60,952 nucleotides of DNA, from contig JAHIVG010000103.1 of NCBI GenBank assembly GCA_018816705.1, forward strand, positions 1 to 60,952, in the 5' to 3' direction. The notes under the pieces were generated by a model that made no database searches, was not told the DNA's origin, and saw only the letters and a list, made by a program, of their open reading frames with translations. A program made the position numbers and the translations under genes. The stretch comes from Nanobdellota archaeon (GTDB lineage: Archaea > Nanobdellota > Nanobdellia > Woesearchaeales > JAHIVG01). Below, piece by piece: positions 8,232 through 17,048 of the stretch (the stretch's first letter is position 1; each line of letters begins with the position of its first letter).

Positions 8232-9673
8232 AGAAAAAACCTATCCCTTTGATTGTATTTATACTTATTGGTGGATTTGTGGGTTTGATTATTCATATTA
8301 GCCCCCTTTTATTTGAGATGGATATATTTCGACAATTGACTCTAAAAGAAAGTGGTAGATACCAACCAGAATATATATTTGAATATGATTGTCAAGAATA
8401 TAACTTTTCATTATTGTTATATCAAAGTTATTATGAACATTTTCAATCAAGTAAGAAGCAGGTTTTTTCTTTATCAGATATGGATGAAAATGAATTCTTA
8501 GACAAATATTATGGGATTTTCTTATCTAATAAAATTGATGAAAAAATATTGGATGAAATTATTCAGATCATTCAGGAAGAAATATCTTCGGAGGATAGTG
8601 ATAATGTTGTACTAGCAATAGTTTCTTTTGTCCAGAATTTCGAGTATAATTGTGAAAAAGCAAATAGTTACGAGCTTTTTAACCTTGACCCTTACTATGA
8701 CTTGGAGTATAATACGAATTATCCTTATGAAACTCTGTATCATTCAATTGGTGTTTGCGAAGACACCTCGATTCTGTTAGCCAAGTTATTAATAAAATTG
8801 GGGTATGGTGTTGCCTTATTATATTTTGAAGATGAAAAGCATATGTCCGTTGGATTAGCTTGTGCTGATGAATACTCTAACTATGAATCTGGTTATTGTT
8901 ATATTGAAACAACTCTTCCAAGCCAGATTGGAATTGTACCATATATAGCAAATGAGATTGAGATAAAATCGACTCCAAATATAATTGAAATAGCTGAAGG
9001 AAAAACATTTAATAAAATTACACAAATAAAAAAGCAACAGGAAGAATTGAGCAATGAATATGGACCCGATATTTTGCAATTGGCCAAATGTCAAGAAATA
9101 GAACTACTCAAAGAAATTATACAGTTAGAAAAAGAGCTAGAACCATTTACAACAAAATTAATGAAATATGAAGAGCGAATAAATAAATCCGAAAATAAAG
9201 TTGATTATCAGGAATCAATACTTGATTCATACGACGATCAATATAAAGAGATTGGGATTATGGATACTGATTATCAATGGTCTCTTTATGAATATGATAG
9301 TGCATGTTTCTATATTATCACCGACGAACAATATGCACAGTGTACAAAATTGTACAACAAAGCTGAGGACAAACGACAGGCATTAAATAGCGAAATTGAT
9401 GATTTTAATAGTGGATATTACACAGCATATGAAGAGTATAATACCACGTTAAATGAATATAATAATCTTATTGATGAATATAATGAATTTACAGAGGCAT
9501 ACAATACTCAAATTGAACCATATAATGAAAAAATTGAGATATATAACAATCTATTGTTAGAGTCGTATAAAGAATGTTCTCCTGTAAAATATGAACCTGA
9601 AGAACAGACTACTGTAATAACAGTACACCCAATAGAACCCTCAATTGTGATCTCAGAGGTTAATTCTTATTAG
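8228..9673 (+). CDS. Membrane-anchored transglutaminase-like (Cys-His) protein with a C-terminal coiled coil
   Basis: YPYETL..GVCEDTSILLA..LGY..HMSVGL..YCYIETT; N-terminal TM; YN-rich heptads. Confidence 0.75.
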   Translation: MKKKPIPLIVFILIGGFVGLIIHISPLLFEMDIFRQLTLKESGRYQPEYIFEYDCQEYNFSLLLYQSYYEHFQSSKKQVFSLSDMDENEFLDKYYGIFLSNKIDEKILDEIIQIIQEEISSEDSDNVVLAIVSFVQNFEYNCEKANSYELFNLDPYYDLEYNTNYPYETLYHSIGVCEDTSILLAKLLIKLGYGVALLYFEDEKHMSVGLACADEYSNYESGYCYIETTLPSQIGIVPYIANEIEIKSTPNIIEIAEGKTFNKITQIKKQQEELSNEYGPDILQLAKCQEIELLKEIIQLEKELEPFTTKLMKYEERINKSENKVDYQESILDSYDDQYKEIGIMDTDYQWSLYEYDSACFYIITDEQYAQCTKLYNKAEDKRQALNSEIDDFNSGYYTAYEEYNTTLNEYNNLIDEYNEFTEAYNTQIEPYNEKIEIYNNLLLESYKECSPVKYEPEEQTTVITVHPIEPSIVISEVNSY

Positions 9674-10207
9674 ATCAATAAAAAAAAAGAAAGAAATAAA
9701 TACTAGATAATAATTTAGTGGAATAAAGTTATAATTTAAAAGAGGGTGAAAAAATATTATACTCAACTGAGGAAGCGGATTCTTAGTGTAGCGTCACTTT
9801 GGATTCACTTTCCCTCACTTTTTTCTACCTGACAGTGTACACAAAAAACATAACAATTTTTCTATCTTCTTCCTCGTTGTCAAGTGATCTCTGCTCGATG
9901 AGACGCTACTCAAATGACGGTTTGAGAGAGCTTGAATAATTAAGTGAGGGAAAGCGATGACTACGCTAGTACACATACTAGCCAGAAGTCCTCCAGCCAT
10001 TCTCCTAGCTTTAGGAGGGATTGGTTGGTTGCTTCACATCCAAGGATCTTGGTTACTCTTGGTCCTGGGTGTTGGATTGCAAATACTCTGGCTAGGAAAA
10101 TAGGCAAGTAAAGAAAGATTACAACAGGAACTCGGATTCATTTAATTAGTTGTACTTCTATCATATTTATAAAGTGGATAATTAACTCCCCATATCATCC
10201 ATTTTTC

Positions 10208-11020
10208 TCAAACGGGCCTACAATACATCCGCTCGAAGGCTCTCAGGTTGTCAAGAGAATCCGACTGGAAGTTGAATGGGAAATCATACATACGCCTGCT
10301 CTCAGCATCGACCGGCGTCCAAACATATAGTTGTGGCCTTTCCTTCTCCTCACCTGCGAGCCTGGTGCAGCGGATGGCCATTATATCACGGCAGCTGGTC
10401 AGCTGACTGCAGGACAGGTTCATCCACACTTCATACTTATCCGGGTAGAGAGACATCAGCTTTGAATCCGTCTTCTTGTCCTCTATCTCAGCCCAGAACT
10501 GGTCTGCAGTTATAGGTATGCCCATCCTGAAATGGTCCAATTCGGGGAACTCCATCACCTTTGAAGTGTATTTGCTCCGGATGATCCAGAACGGGTCATA
10601 AAAAACAGCTGTATAGACCCCTGAAGTATATGAGAAGTAGGTCTCATTGCCTATCAGGTACCTCACCCCGAACGGAACAATGTACTTAATCCCTGGAATC
10701 TCCTTGTCGAGGGTAGAGAGGAAATCGTCCATGTCCCACGCAGTGATGTTGTAGAAATACTGCGGCTCTGGCTCGGGTGCCTTCTTGGGCTTCTGCTCGA
10801 CATTAGGGTTCGGGAGCATGTTATAGATAGAGGCGTCGATGTCCGGCTGTGTCAAGTTCACTTGTATGACATTAGATGCCGTCCCGTTGACTGTCTCGTT
10901 GGAAAGGGTCACGTTCTGCGGCAAAGGCTCTGGTTTGTCCCTCAGCACCAGAAAATACAGCGCGGCAGCAATCCCGAGCAAGAGCACTGCTGCGGTGATG
11001 ATGATTATGATCTTCTTCAT
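10208..11020 (-). CDS. Membrane-anchored extracellular hypothetical protein
   Basis: MKK plus a hydrophobic helix, several N-x-S/T sequons; divergent TATA at about 11060. Confidence 0.75.
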   Translation of the reverse strand: MKKIIIIITAAVLLLGIAAALYFLVLRDKPEPLPQNVTLSNETVNGTASNVIQVNLTQPDIDASIYNMLPNPNVEQKPKKAPEPEPQYFYNITAWDMDDFLSTLDKEIPGIKYIVPFGVRYLIGNETYFSYTSGVYTAVFYDPFWIIRSKYTSKVMEFPELDHFRMGIPITADQFWAEIEDKKTDSKLMSLYPDKYEVWMNLSCSQLTSCRDIMAIRCTRLAGEEKERPQLYVWTPVDAESRRMYDFPFNFQSDSLDNLRAFERMYCRPV

Positions 11021-11115
11021 GTCATGCCTCTTTTATTATCCCTGACTGGATTCGAGGATTTATAAAGTTAACTGAATCCAAACATATATAAACTTGCTCG
11101 GCGCTTTCTTTGGCC

Positions 11116-11832
11116 ATGGGGGTAGTGTTAATCGGGCAGGGAAAGAGCTATCTGGTCAAGGACCCAGCCAAGGCATTCCACACGCAATACGGCTTCATAG
11201 CCCCCGGTATGCTGAAGGAAGGGTGTGATGCAGAGACAAATATGGGCAAGGGCTTTGCTGTCATCAATGCCTCTTTCATCGACTTATACGGCAAGATATC
11301 AAGGAGCCCGCAGATAATTCCGAGAAAGGACATAGGCCTGATAATGGCAGAGACAGGCATCGGCAAGGACAGCCTGGTCATAGATTCCGGGACAGGCTCT
11401 GGCGCATTGTGCTGCATGCTCGCCAGGGTGGCCAAGAAAGTGGTGAGCTATGAGATCAGGCCTGATTTCCTGAACATAGCGGAAAAGAACAAAAAATATT
11501 TAGGCCTGAACAACCTTACCATAAAGGAAGGCGACATATACGACGGCGTACAGGAACGCAACGCTGACCTCCTGACCCTTGACGTGCCGGAGCCGTGGAA
11601 AGCATTGGACACAGCCAGCAAGTGCCTCAAGTCCGGAGGTTTCATCGTATCATACTCACCGAGCGTCCCGCAGGTGATGGACTTCGTCTCGTCTCTCGAC
11701 AAGAGGTTTGTCCATGTCAAGACCTGCGAACTGATCGAACGGGAATGGGAAGTCAACGAGCGCAAGGTCAGGCCCAAGAGCAGAGGCATAGGGCACTCTG
11801 GGTTCTTGACATTCGCGCGCAAGCTGAGGTGA
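11116..11832 (+). CDS. trmI: tRNA (adenine-N1) methyltransferase TrmI
   Basis: HTQYG, PQII.RKDIG, DSGTGSGAL, LDVPEPW, YSPSVPQV, GHSGFL. Confidence 0.92.
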   Translation: MGVVLIGQGKSYLVKDPAKAFHTQYGFIAPGMLKEGCDAETNMGKGFAVINASFIDLYGKISRSPQIIPRKDIGLIMAETGIGKDSLVIDSGTGSGALCCMLARVAKKVVSYEIRPDFLNIAEKNKKYLGLNNLTIKEGDIYDGVQERNADLLTLDVPEPWKALDTASKCLKSGGFIVSYSPSVPQVMDFVSSLDKRFVHVKTCELIEREWEVNERKVRPKSRGIGHSGFLTFARKLR

Positions 11833-11837
11833 AAAAC

Positions 11838-12065
11838 ATGAAAGCCTATGTGTTGGTGACCCTCGAAGGGTCAAACGAGCAGAACGTGTTCAAGAAACTA
11901 GAGTCGCTGAAGGAAGTCAAGGACCTCCACATACTGTTCGGGGAATGGGATGTCATAGCTGAGCTCGAGATAGCCTCCTCTGATGAGCTGGGAGAGTTCG
12001 TCATGAAGAACATAAGGTCCCTGCCAGAGGTCAAGCTCACCAGCACCATGATAGTGGCCAAGTAG
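11838..12065 (+). CDS. Lrp/AsnC ligand-binding-domain protein
   Basis: MKAYVLV..LFGEWDVIAELE..IRSLPEVKLTSTMIV; GAGGTGA site; start moved from 11595 to ATG 11838. Confidence 0.88.
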   Translation: MKAYVLVTLEGSNEQNVFKKLESLKEVKDLHILFGEWDVIAELEIASSDELGEFVMKNIRSLPEVKLTSTMIVAK

Positions 12066-12629
12066 ATGCCCAAGGAAGAGATAAGGGTCCTAGGCATAGA
12101 TGATACGCCCTTCGATAAGTTCAAGGACAAGAGGGCAAAGATAATAGGGGTCCTTTACAGGGGCGGCAAGTTCCTGGACGGAGTTCTTTCGGTCGATGTT
12201 GATGTTGACGGCACCGATGCAACCGCCAAGATAGCCTCGATGGTGAACAATAGCAAGTTCAAGGAGCAGCTCAGGGCTATACTCATGAAAGGCATCGCGG
12301 TTGCCGGCTTCAACATAATCGACATACATGAGCTTTCTGAGAAGACATGCCTGCCGGTCATAGTCGTGATGCGGTCACCTCCGAGATTGAAAGAGATGGT
12401 CTCTGCCCTGAAAAGGTTGGGATACACCGAGCAGCTCGAAAGCCTCGAGAAAGCCGGCAAGATAAACAATGCCGGCAAGGTACTCTTCCAGTGCGCAGGC
12501 TGCACGGAAGATAAGGCTGCCTCAATCATCGAGGTAACGACCACTCACGGCAACATACCTGAACCCCTGAGGGTGGCGCACCTTATTGCTGGCGGAATAA
12601 CCAAAGGAGAGAGCAGGGGACGGGCCTGA
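12066..12629 (+). CDS. DUF99 family (endonuclease V-like) protein
   Basis: RVLGIDD, DGTDAT, GIAVAGFNIID, IPEPLRVAHLIA. Confidence 0.9.
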   Translation: MPKEEIRVLGIDDTPFDKFKDKRAKIIGVLYRGGKFLDGVLSVDVDVDGTDATAKIASMVNNSKFKEQLRAILMKGIAVAGFNIIDIHELSEKTCLPVIVVMRSPPRLKEMVSALKRLGYTEQLESLEKAGKINNAGKVLFQCAGCTEDKAASIIEVTTTHGNIPEPLRVAHLIAGGITKGESRGRA

Positions 12630-12781
12630 AATTCTGGAAGGATTGCCGGAAAAAATATTGCCACAACACTTCTTTGCGATAGGATTTGCGGGACGAGGGA
12701 TGATTTATCCGGTCCACGGCCCAGGATTTCCGGATTTGCCTCGAAAAGACGTATAAAGGATTTTGACCGCTGCCTTGGACG

Positions 12782-14119
12782 GTGATGCACATGAAAAGAG
12801 GAATAATCATTATTTTGCTGATGTACTTGCCTATATGCCTGGCTGACAACATCGTGATAAGCGAGGTGCTGTTCTGGGCCAATAACACTGACGCTGGCGG
12901 AGAGTTCGTCGAGCTCTACAACCCCACAGAATACCCTGTGAACATATCCGGCTGGCTCATCGCTACCGAAAGCTCTGACACCGACGCTGAGATACCTGAA
13001 GGGACCTTATTGCTGCCCCATCAATACTACCTTATCGCAGACACAGGCTGGGACGAGAACAAGGATGATGCGGGTTGGCCGTCAGCAGACTATGAGGAAA
13101 CGATCTCATTATTCAACTCAGATTCAGGTGTGGCCCTCGTGGCCGATGATGTTGTCATAGACGCAACAGGTTGGGGGGACCCGAACAGCATAGAAGACAA
13201 CAAGTATGAGGGCACACCACACCCTATAATCATCAAGGGCAACAGTATCGAGAGAAGGCCCGGCCTGGAGGACGAGACAGGAGGCAACGGCCAGGACACA
13301 GACGACAACTCGGCAGATTTCCTCGAGCGGAGCCCTGAGCCGCAGAACAGCGACAGCTTCGAGATCCCGTTCGTCTATGACCCCGCGCATGTAGGCAACT
13401 TCACCATCGAGTTCACTGTCATCGGGAGTGGGCCCGAGTTCCTGCTAGTCGAAGTAGAGGATGACAGCGACGCCGAAGGCGTTCAGGTCCTGCCATTCCC
13501 AGGCGAAGAAAGAGAGGTGGAGGTGAACGCCACCATGCAATACAATGGCGTCGAGGGATTGGTGGTGCAGGCAAGATTCATGAATCTTACGCATAACCTC
13601 AGCCTTGACTGGCACAATGACACGCTCGGGCTGTTCACGGGATCGGTGAGCCTGCCGTATCACGCTTCCGGGAACCGATCAATCATCTTCACTGCTGTCG
13701 GTAGAGAGAACGCCTCTTACCAGGTCTGGGTCGGGGTGATGGAGGTCGCTGCATTGCTGCTGGACAGCCCCGGGACGAGCTTTGAATCAGAGCCAGGACA
13801 AGAGCACATACTCTGGGGGGATGATGATGTCGGGACAGCCGATAAGCCGACCCTGAAGAACATCGGCAACGTGCCGCTAGACATGAAGGTCAAGGGAGCA
13901 GAGTTCTCCAACGGGGATGTGGATTTGCCGCCAGAGACCTGCGGCTACAACCTCAACATGAGCCAGGTCTTCATGCCGCTATCGTCAAGCTGGCAGACCC
14001 TTGATGCCGGGCTGGAGAGCAGCCACACAGTGCCCTTGAGCGTGCAGCTGAGGATACCAGATGACGCTTCCAGCGGGGCCTATCTCGGGAGCTTGCTGAT
14101 TGCAGGAGCGGCATCATGA
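12782..14119 (+). CDS. Secreted lamin-tail-domain surface protein
   Basis: Signal peptide; IVISEV, EFVELYNP..VNISGW, GQDTDDNSADF; acidic beta-rich C-terminus. Confidence 0.85.
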   Translation: MMHMKRGIIIILLMYLPICLADNIVISEVLFWANNTDAGGEFVELYNPTEYPVNISGWLIATESSDTDAEIPEGTLLLPHQYYLIADTGWDENKDDAGWPSADYEETISLFNSDSGVALVADDVVIDATGWGDPNSIEDNKYEGTPHPIIIKGNSIERRPGLEDETGGNGQDTDDNSADFLERSPEPQNSDSFEIPFVYDPAHVGNFTIEFTVIGSGPEFLLVEVEDDSDAEGVQVLPFPGEEREVEVNATMQYNGVEGLVVQARFMNLTHNLSLDWHNDTLGLFTGSVSLPYHASGNRSIIFTAVGRENASYQVWVGVMEVAALLLDSPGTSFESEPGQEHILWGDDDVGTADKPTLKNIGNVPLDMKVKGAEFSNGDVDLPPETCGYNLNMSQVFMPLSSSWQTLDAGLESSHTVPLSVQLRIPDDASSGAYLGSLLIAGAAS

Positions 14120-14655
14120 GATGCATATTCATCTTGCTCTTTCTCCTCCCTTCGGTAACTGCCCTGACCCTCGGGGTCTCACCTCCGAGGGTCGACCTAG
14201 GGGAAATGGACAGAGGGGCTGAATCAACTGTGGAGCTTACGATCTTCAACCCCAACACTGTTGCCACAAGCTTCATCTTCGAGGAAGACGAATGCTTCGA
14301 GCCCACGAAGAAGACGGTTCGGATAAAGGGAAAAGGGATGAGCAAGGCTGGATTCAACGTCAAAGCCATTGACGAAACCTGCCCGATCACCATAAGGCCC
14401 AAGACAAGCGACGGCAGCCTGGTGCCTGGGATAACTGTTGAGGTGAACACGCGCCTGGCACAAGAAGTTGGACAGAAAGCGCTGGCAGCAGTTGTGCAGC
14501 CAAAGCCTCAGGCTATCATGACCGAGAATCCTGGAGAGATAATCCTTACAGATGACAAACCTATGGCAAAGCCGAACAGGTTCGTGGGAGCGGCGATCGT
14601 CGCATCGATAATACTATTGGGGATGGTAGTGTTCAAAGTAGTCAAAAGGGACTAA
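14116..14655 (+). CDS. Secreted Ig-like protein with a C-terminal membrane anchor
   Basis: Signal peptide, LGVSPP start, C-terminal TM; ATGA overlap with the previous gene. Confidence 0.75.
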   Translation: MRCIFILLFLLPSVTALTLGVSPPRVDLGEMDRGAESTVELTIFNPNTVATSFIFEEDECFEPTKKTVRIKGKGMSKAGFNVKAIDETCPITIRPKTSDGSLVPGITVEVNTRLAQEVGQKALAAVVQPKPQAIMTENPGEIILTDDKPMAKPNRFVGAAIVASIILLGMVVFKVVKRD

Positions 14656-15686
14656 CGCTTGGTCGCCACTATCTGCATGCTGGTCTCTATCCCTTCCCTA
14701 GGGAAGGTCGTGGTCTGCATGGTGCGCAGCAAGGCATTCCTCAAAGCGACCTCAATCTCATCCTGATCCATGCCAGAATCCTTCAAAGGGCCTAGGGCAG
14801 AGAGCAGGTAGACCTCCAAGAGCTGGGCAGGATTATACCTCAATTCTGTGGTGTCCCGTCTAACAATATTGAAATCGTGGCTTAACAGATCTTCAAGCTC
14901 GCCTTTCTGATAAGTATAAGGGCAGCCTTCCTCTAATTTCTTACCCGCCTCTGCGTTAGCCGCTATCATCAGGTGCTTGTAAAACTGGCGTTGCTTCATG
15001 TGCTTCTTATCCATCTTCTCATCGCCGAACTCATAGTCATGCCCTGTCAGGCTCAAAGCGAAAATGCCATTATCATCCAAAGCCTCATAAGCATTGTTTA
15101 TGACAAGGGCTGGATAATCATCCTTAGTCACCCCCTCTGGTGGGGCTCGCCTCCACCAGTGAGCGTTCTGCCAGGCGACAATCAGGCCAGCTCCGTCCCC
15201 CAACTCATTCACCTTATGAGGCCCACCATGTGAGAATGTAACATCCATAAAATGTTCCTCAAGCATCTTCCTCGTGACAGTGAGATGTTCCCTCAGGTCT
15301 ACCATGTCAGCAAGCTCTGCAATCAATGGCGGATAAGGATGGCCGTCTCGTAACTTATCAATTGAGTCAAAGAGACCCTCTGCAGATGTCTGGGAAAACT
15401 TGATCTTAGCCATCCTCAGATGGTCCTCGTTCGATTCGAGTGCCTTCACTTGGAGATGCGGCACCCTGCGGAGGGCTTGCTGGGTAAAGATGCCGCTCCT
15501 GGCTGCAATGTCGTACATGTCCTGTATCTTATCCAGATCCCTGACTTCCTGTATAGAATCGAGAAGATGATTGGCCATGTTCTCATAGCTGCGGAGATTG
15601 GCTGCGTGCTGCTCCCACTGCAAAGCGTCCTGACCCCTCCAAAAGGAAGGCTGCTCATAATTCGTAGTACCTGGCATTACCATCAC
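14652..15686 (-). CDS. Divergent class I SAM-methyltransferase-like protein
   Basis: Degenerate motif I (YDIAARSG), ALESNEDHL, NAHWW, EALDDNGIFALSL. Confidence 0.55.
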   Translation of the reverse strand: MMVMPGTTNYEQPSFWRGQDALQWEQHAANLRSYENMANHLLDSIQEVRDLDKIQDMYDIAARSGIFTQQALRRVPHLQVKALESNEDHLRMAKIKFSQTSAEGLFDSIDKLRDGHPYPPLIAELADMVDLREHLTVTRKMLEEHFMDVTFSHGGPHKVNELGDGAGLIVAWQNAHWWRRAPPEGVTKDDYPALVINNAYEALDDNGIFALSLTGHDYEFGDEKMDKKHMKQRQFYKHLMIAANAEAGKKLEEGCPYTYQKGELEDLLSHDFNIVRRDTTELRYNPAQLLEVYLLSALGPLKDSGMDQDEIEVALRNALLRTMQTTTFPREGIETSMQIVATKR

Positions 15687-15760
15687 CCAAAAGGGGAAAA
15701 ATCCTGGGATTTATAAACATTATGGGGATTTGCTGGGGCAGGTTGATATTGCCCCCTGTG

Positions 15761-15891
15761 GGCTCTGTCCTAATTCTGGCGGATTGGTCGCGCTGGCTGT
15801 CGCTTCCTCTCTTTTCCCGCCTCGCCAGGCAGGGCGGGAAAAGAGATTCAGCCCGCAAATGTGGCGGTAAGCCGGGACTCAGGACAGAGCC
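15761..15891. mobile_element. 131-bp MITE with GGCTCTGTCCT/AGGACAGAGCC terminal inverted repeats and a 9-bp target duplication
   Basis: CCCCCTGTG at 15752-15760 and again at 15892-15900; internal hairpin CTCTTTTCCCGCC..GGCGGGAAAAGAG. Confidence 0.85.
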
Positions 15892-15937
15892 CCCCCTGTG
15901 CAAACTTTTATTAACAAATCCCGTCTTCTGCCGGGTG

Positions 15938-16978
15938 ATGGAACCGCGAATTATGTCGCCTGATGAGCTAAAACAGCTGGAAGACGGATTCGGCATAAAG
16001 GTAATCCGGCAGTCGCCGCTGCGGCACAGCAGCTCGACAGTCGTGGCTTTGGAAACCGACCGCGGACAGCGCGTCGCGAAGAGATACCCGCCGCAATACA
16101 CGCCGGAGATGGTCCTTGCCCAGCAGGATGCAAATGTCCACATGCGCGGCCTTGGAACGCCTACGCCGGAGTTTTACAGCACTGGCAACGGTAGCACCGT
16201 CATGGTATTCGACGGCTCGGCGTACATCCTGATGGACCGGCTTCCAGGCGATGTCGCAGACTGGAAAGACCCTGACAACACGGAGCTGGTCATGCAGGGG
16301 CTTGCACTCGGCCATAATGGCTTGAGGGGCTTCAATCCTGAAGGATTTGCCCAGCCGCCGCGCTTCACAACCTTTCTTGTCGACCAGGCCGAGAACCTCG
16401 AGGGACTGCTTCCTGCATCGCCGAAAAGCGATACCGACCGATATGTCCTCGGCACCATGCCGTACATAAAGGAAGTTGCAGCAAAGTCTGATGCATTCTG
16501 GTCAGGGTTCCTCTCCGGGCTTCCCCCGCCTCGGAGGTATATCCTGGGTGATTATAACAGGGAATCACTGCTGGCAAAAGGAAAAGATATCACAGGCCTT
16601 GTTGTGCTCAACCATATCCGGCCGGGGTTCCTGGCTGCAGACGTTGTGCACACACTTGACTTATTGGCAATCGACAAAGAGACTGAAGGGATGGAGCTTG
16701 AAGAACGGGTTGACTGGAAGAGGATGTCTGAGGCGATGCAGGCATATCATGGAAATAATCCGGAAATCGCGGCAGATATCCCCCTTTTCCCGCCATTGCT
16801 GCAAGCGAAAGGCGTTGCGGATGTCATCCAGACCTGGCGGAAAGGGTATGACCCGGATGCATCTCAAGGGCAGAGGGATTATTTCAATAACAGGGTGAGC
16901 TTCTTCGTCGTGCGCGTGGATGCCGCAAAAAGGCTCGGCGGCAGGATGATTGATGTTCTCGAAAGCGCGATAAAGTGA
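15938..16978 (+). CDS. APH/type II homoserine kinase-like phosphotransferase with degenerate motifs
   Basis: RVAKRY, GTPTP, ILMDRLPG, LALGH, LGDYN; start set at ATG 15938, downstream of the TATA at about 15905. Confidence 0.7.
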   Translation: MEPRIMSPDELKQLEDGFGIKVIRQSPLRHSSSTVVALETDRGQRVAKRYPPQYTPEMVLAQQDANVHMRGLGTPTPEFYSTGNGSTVMVFDGSAYILMDRLPGDVADWKDPDNTELVMQGLALGHNGLRGFNPEGFAQPPRFTTFLVDQAENLEGLLPASPKSDTDRYVLGTMPYIKEVAAKSDAFWSGFLSGLPPPRRYILGDYNRESLLAKGKDITGLVVLNHIRPGFLAADVVHTLDLLAIDKETEGMELEERVDWKRMSEAMQAYHGNNPEIAADIPLFPPLLQAKGVADVIQTWRKGYDPDASQGQRDYFNNRVSFFVVRVDAAKRLGGRMIDVLESAIK

Positions 16979-17048
16979 AAGATGATTCATGAAACCAGGC
17001 ATGTACCTGATCCATAACTATCCTTCTGCTTGCAACGATTAAATAGAG

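Noticed and set aside
9250-9560. Repetitive YN/EYN-rich tract as a tandem or DGR-type repeat
   Set aside because: Explained by coiled-coil heptads; no template repeat or reverse transcriptase is seen.
9815-10000. 61-aa minus-strand ORF and three TCACTTT repeats at about 9794-9822
   Set aside because: No coding signature; the repeats are shorter than the 10-mer motif and lie in T-rich DNA.
15722-15937. N-terminal extension of the kinase-like ORF
   Set aside because: It runs through the MITE and promoter; ATG 15938 fits the TATA spacing better.
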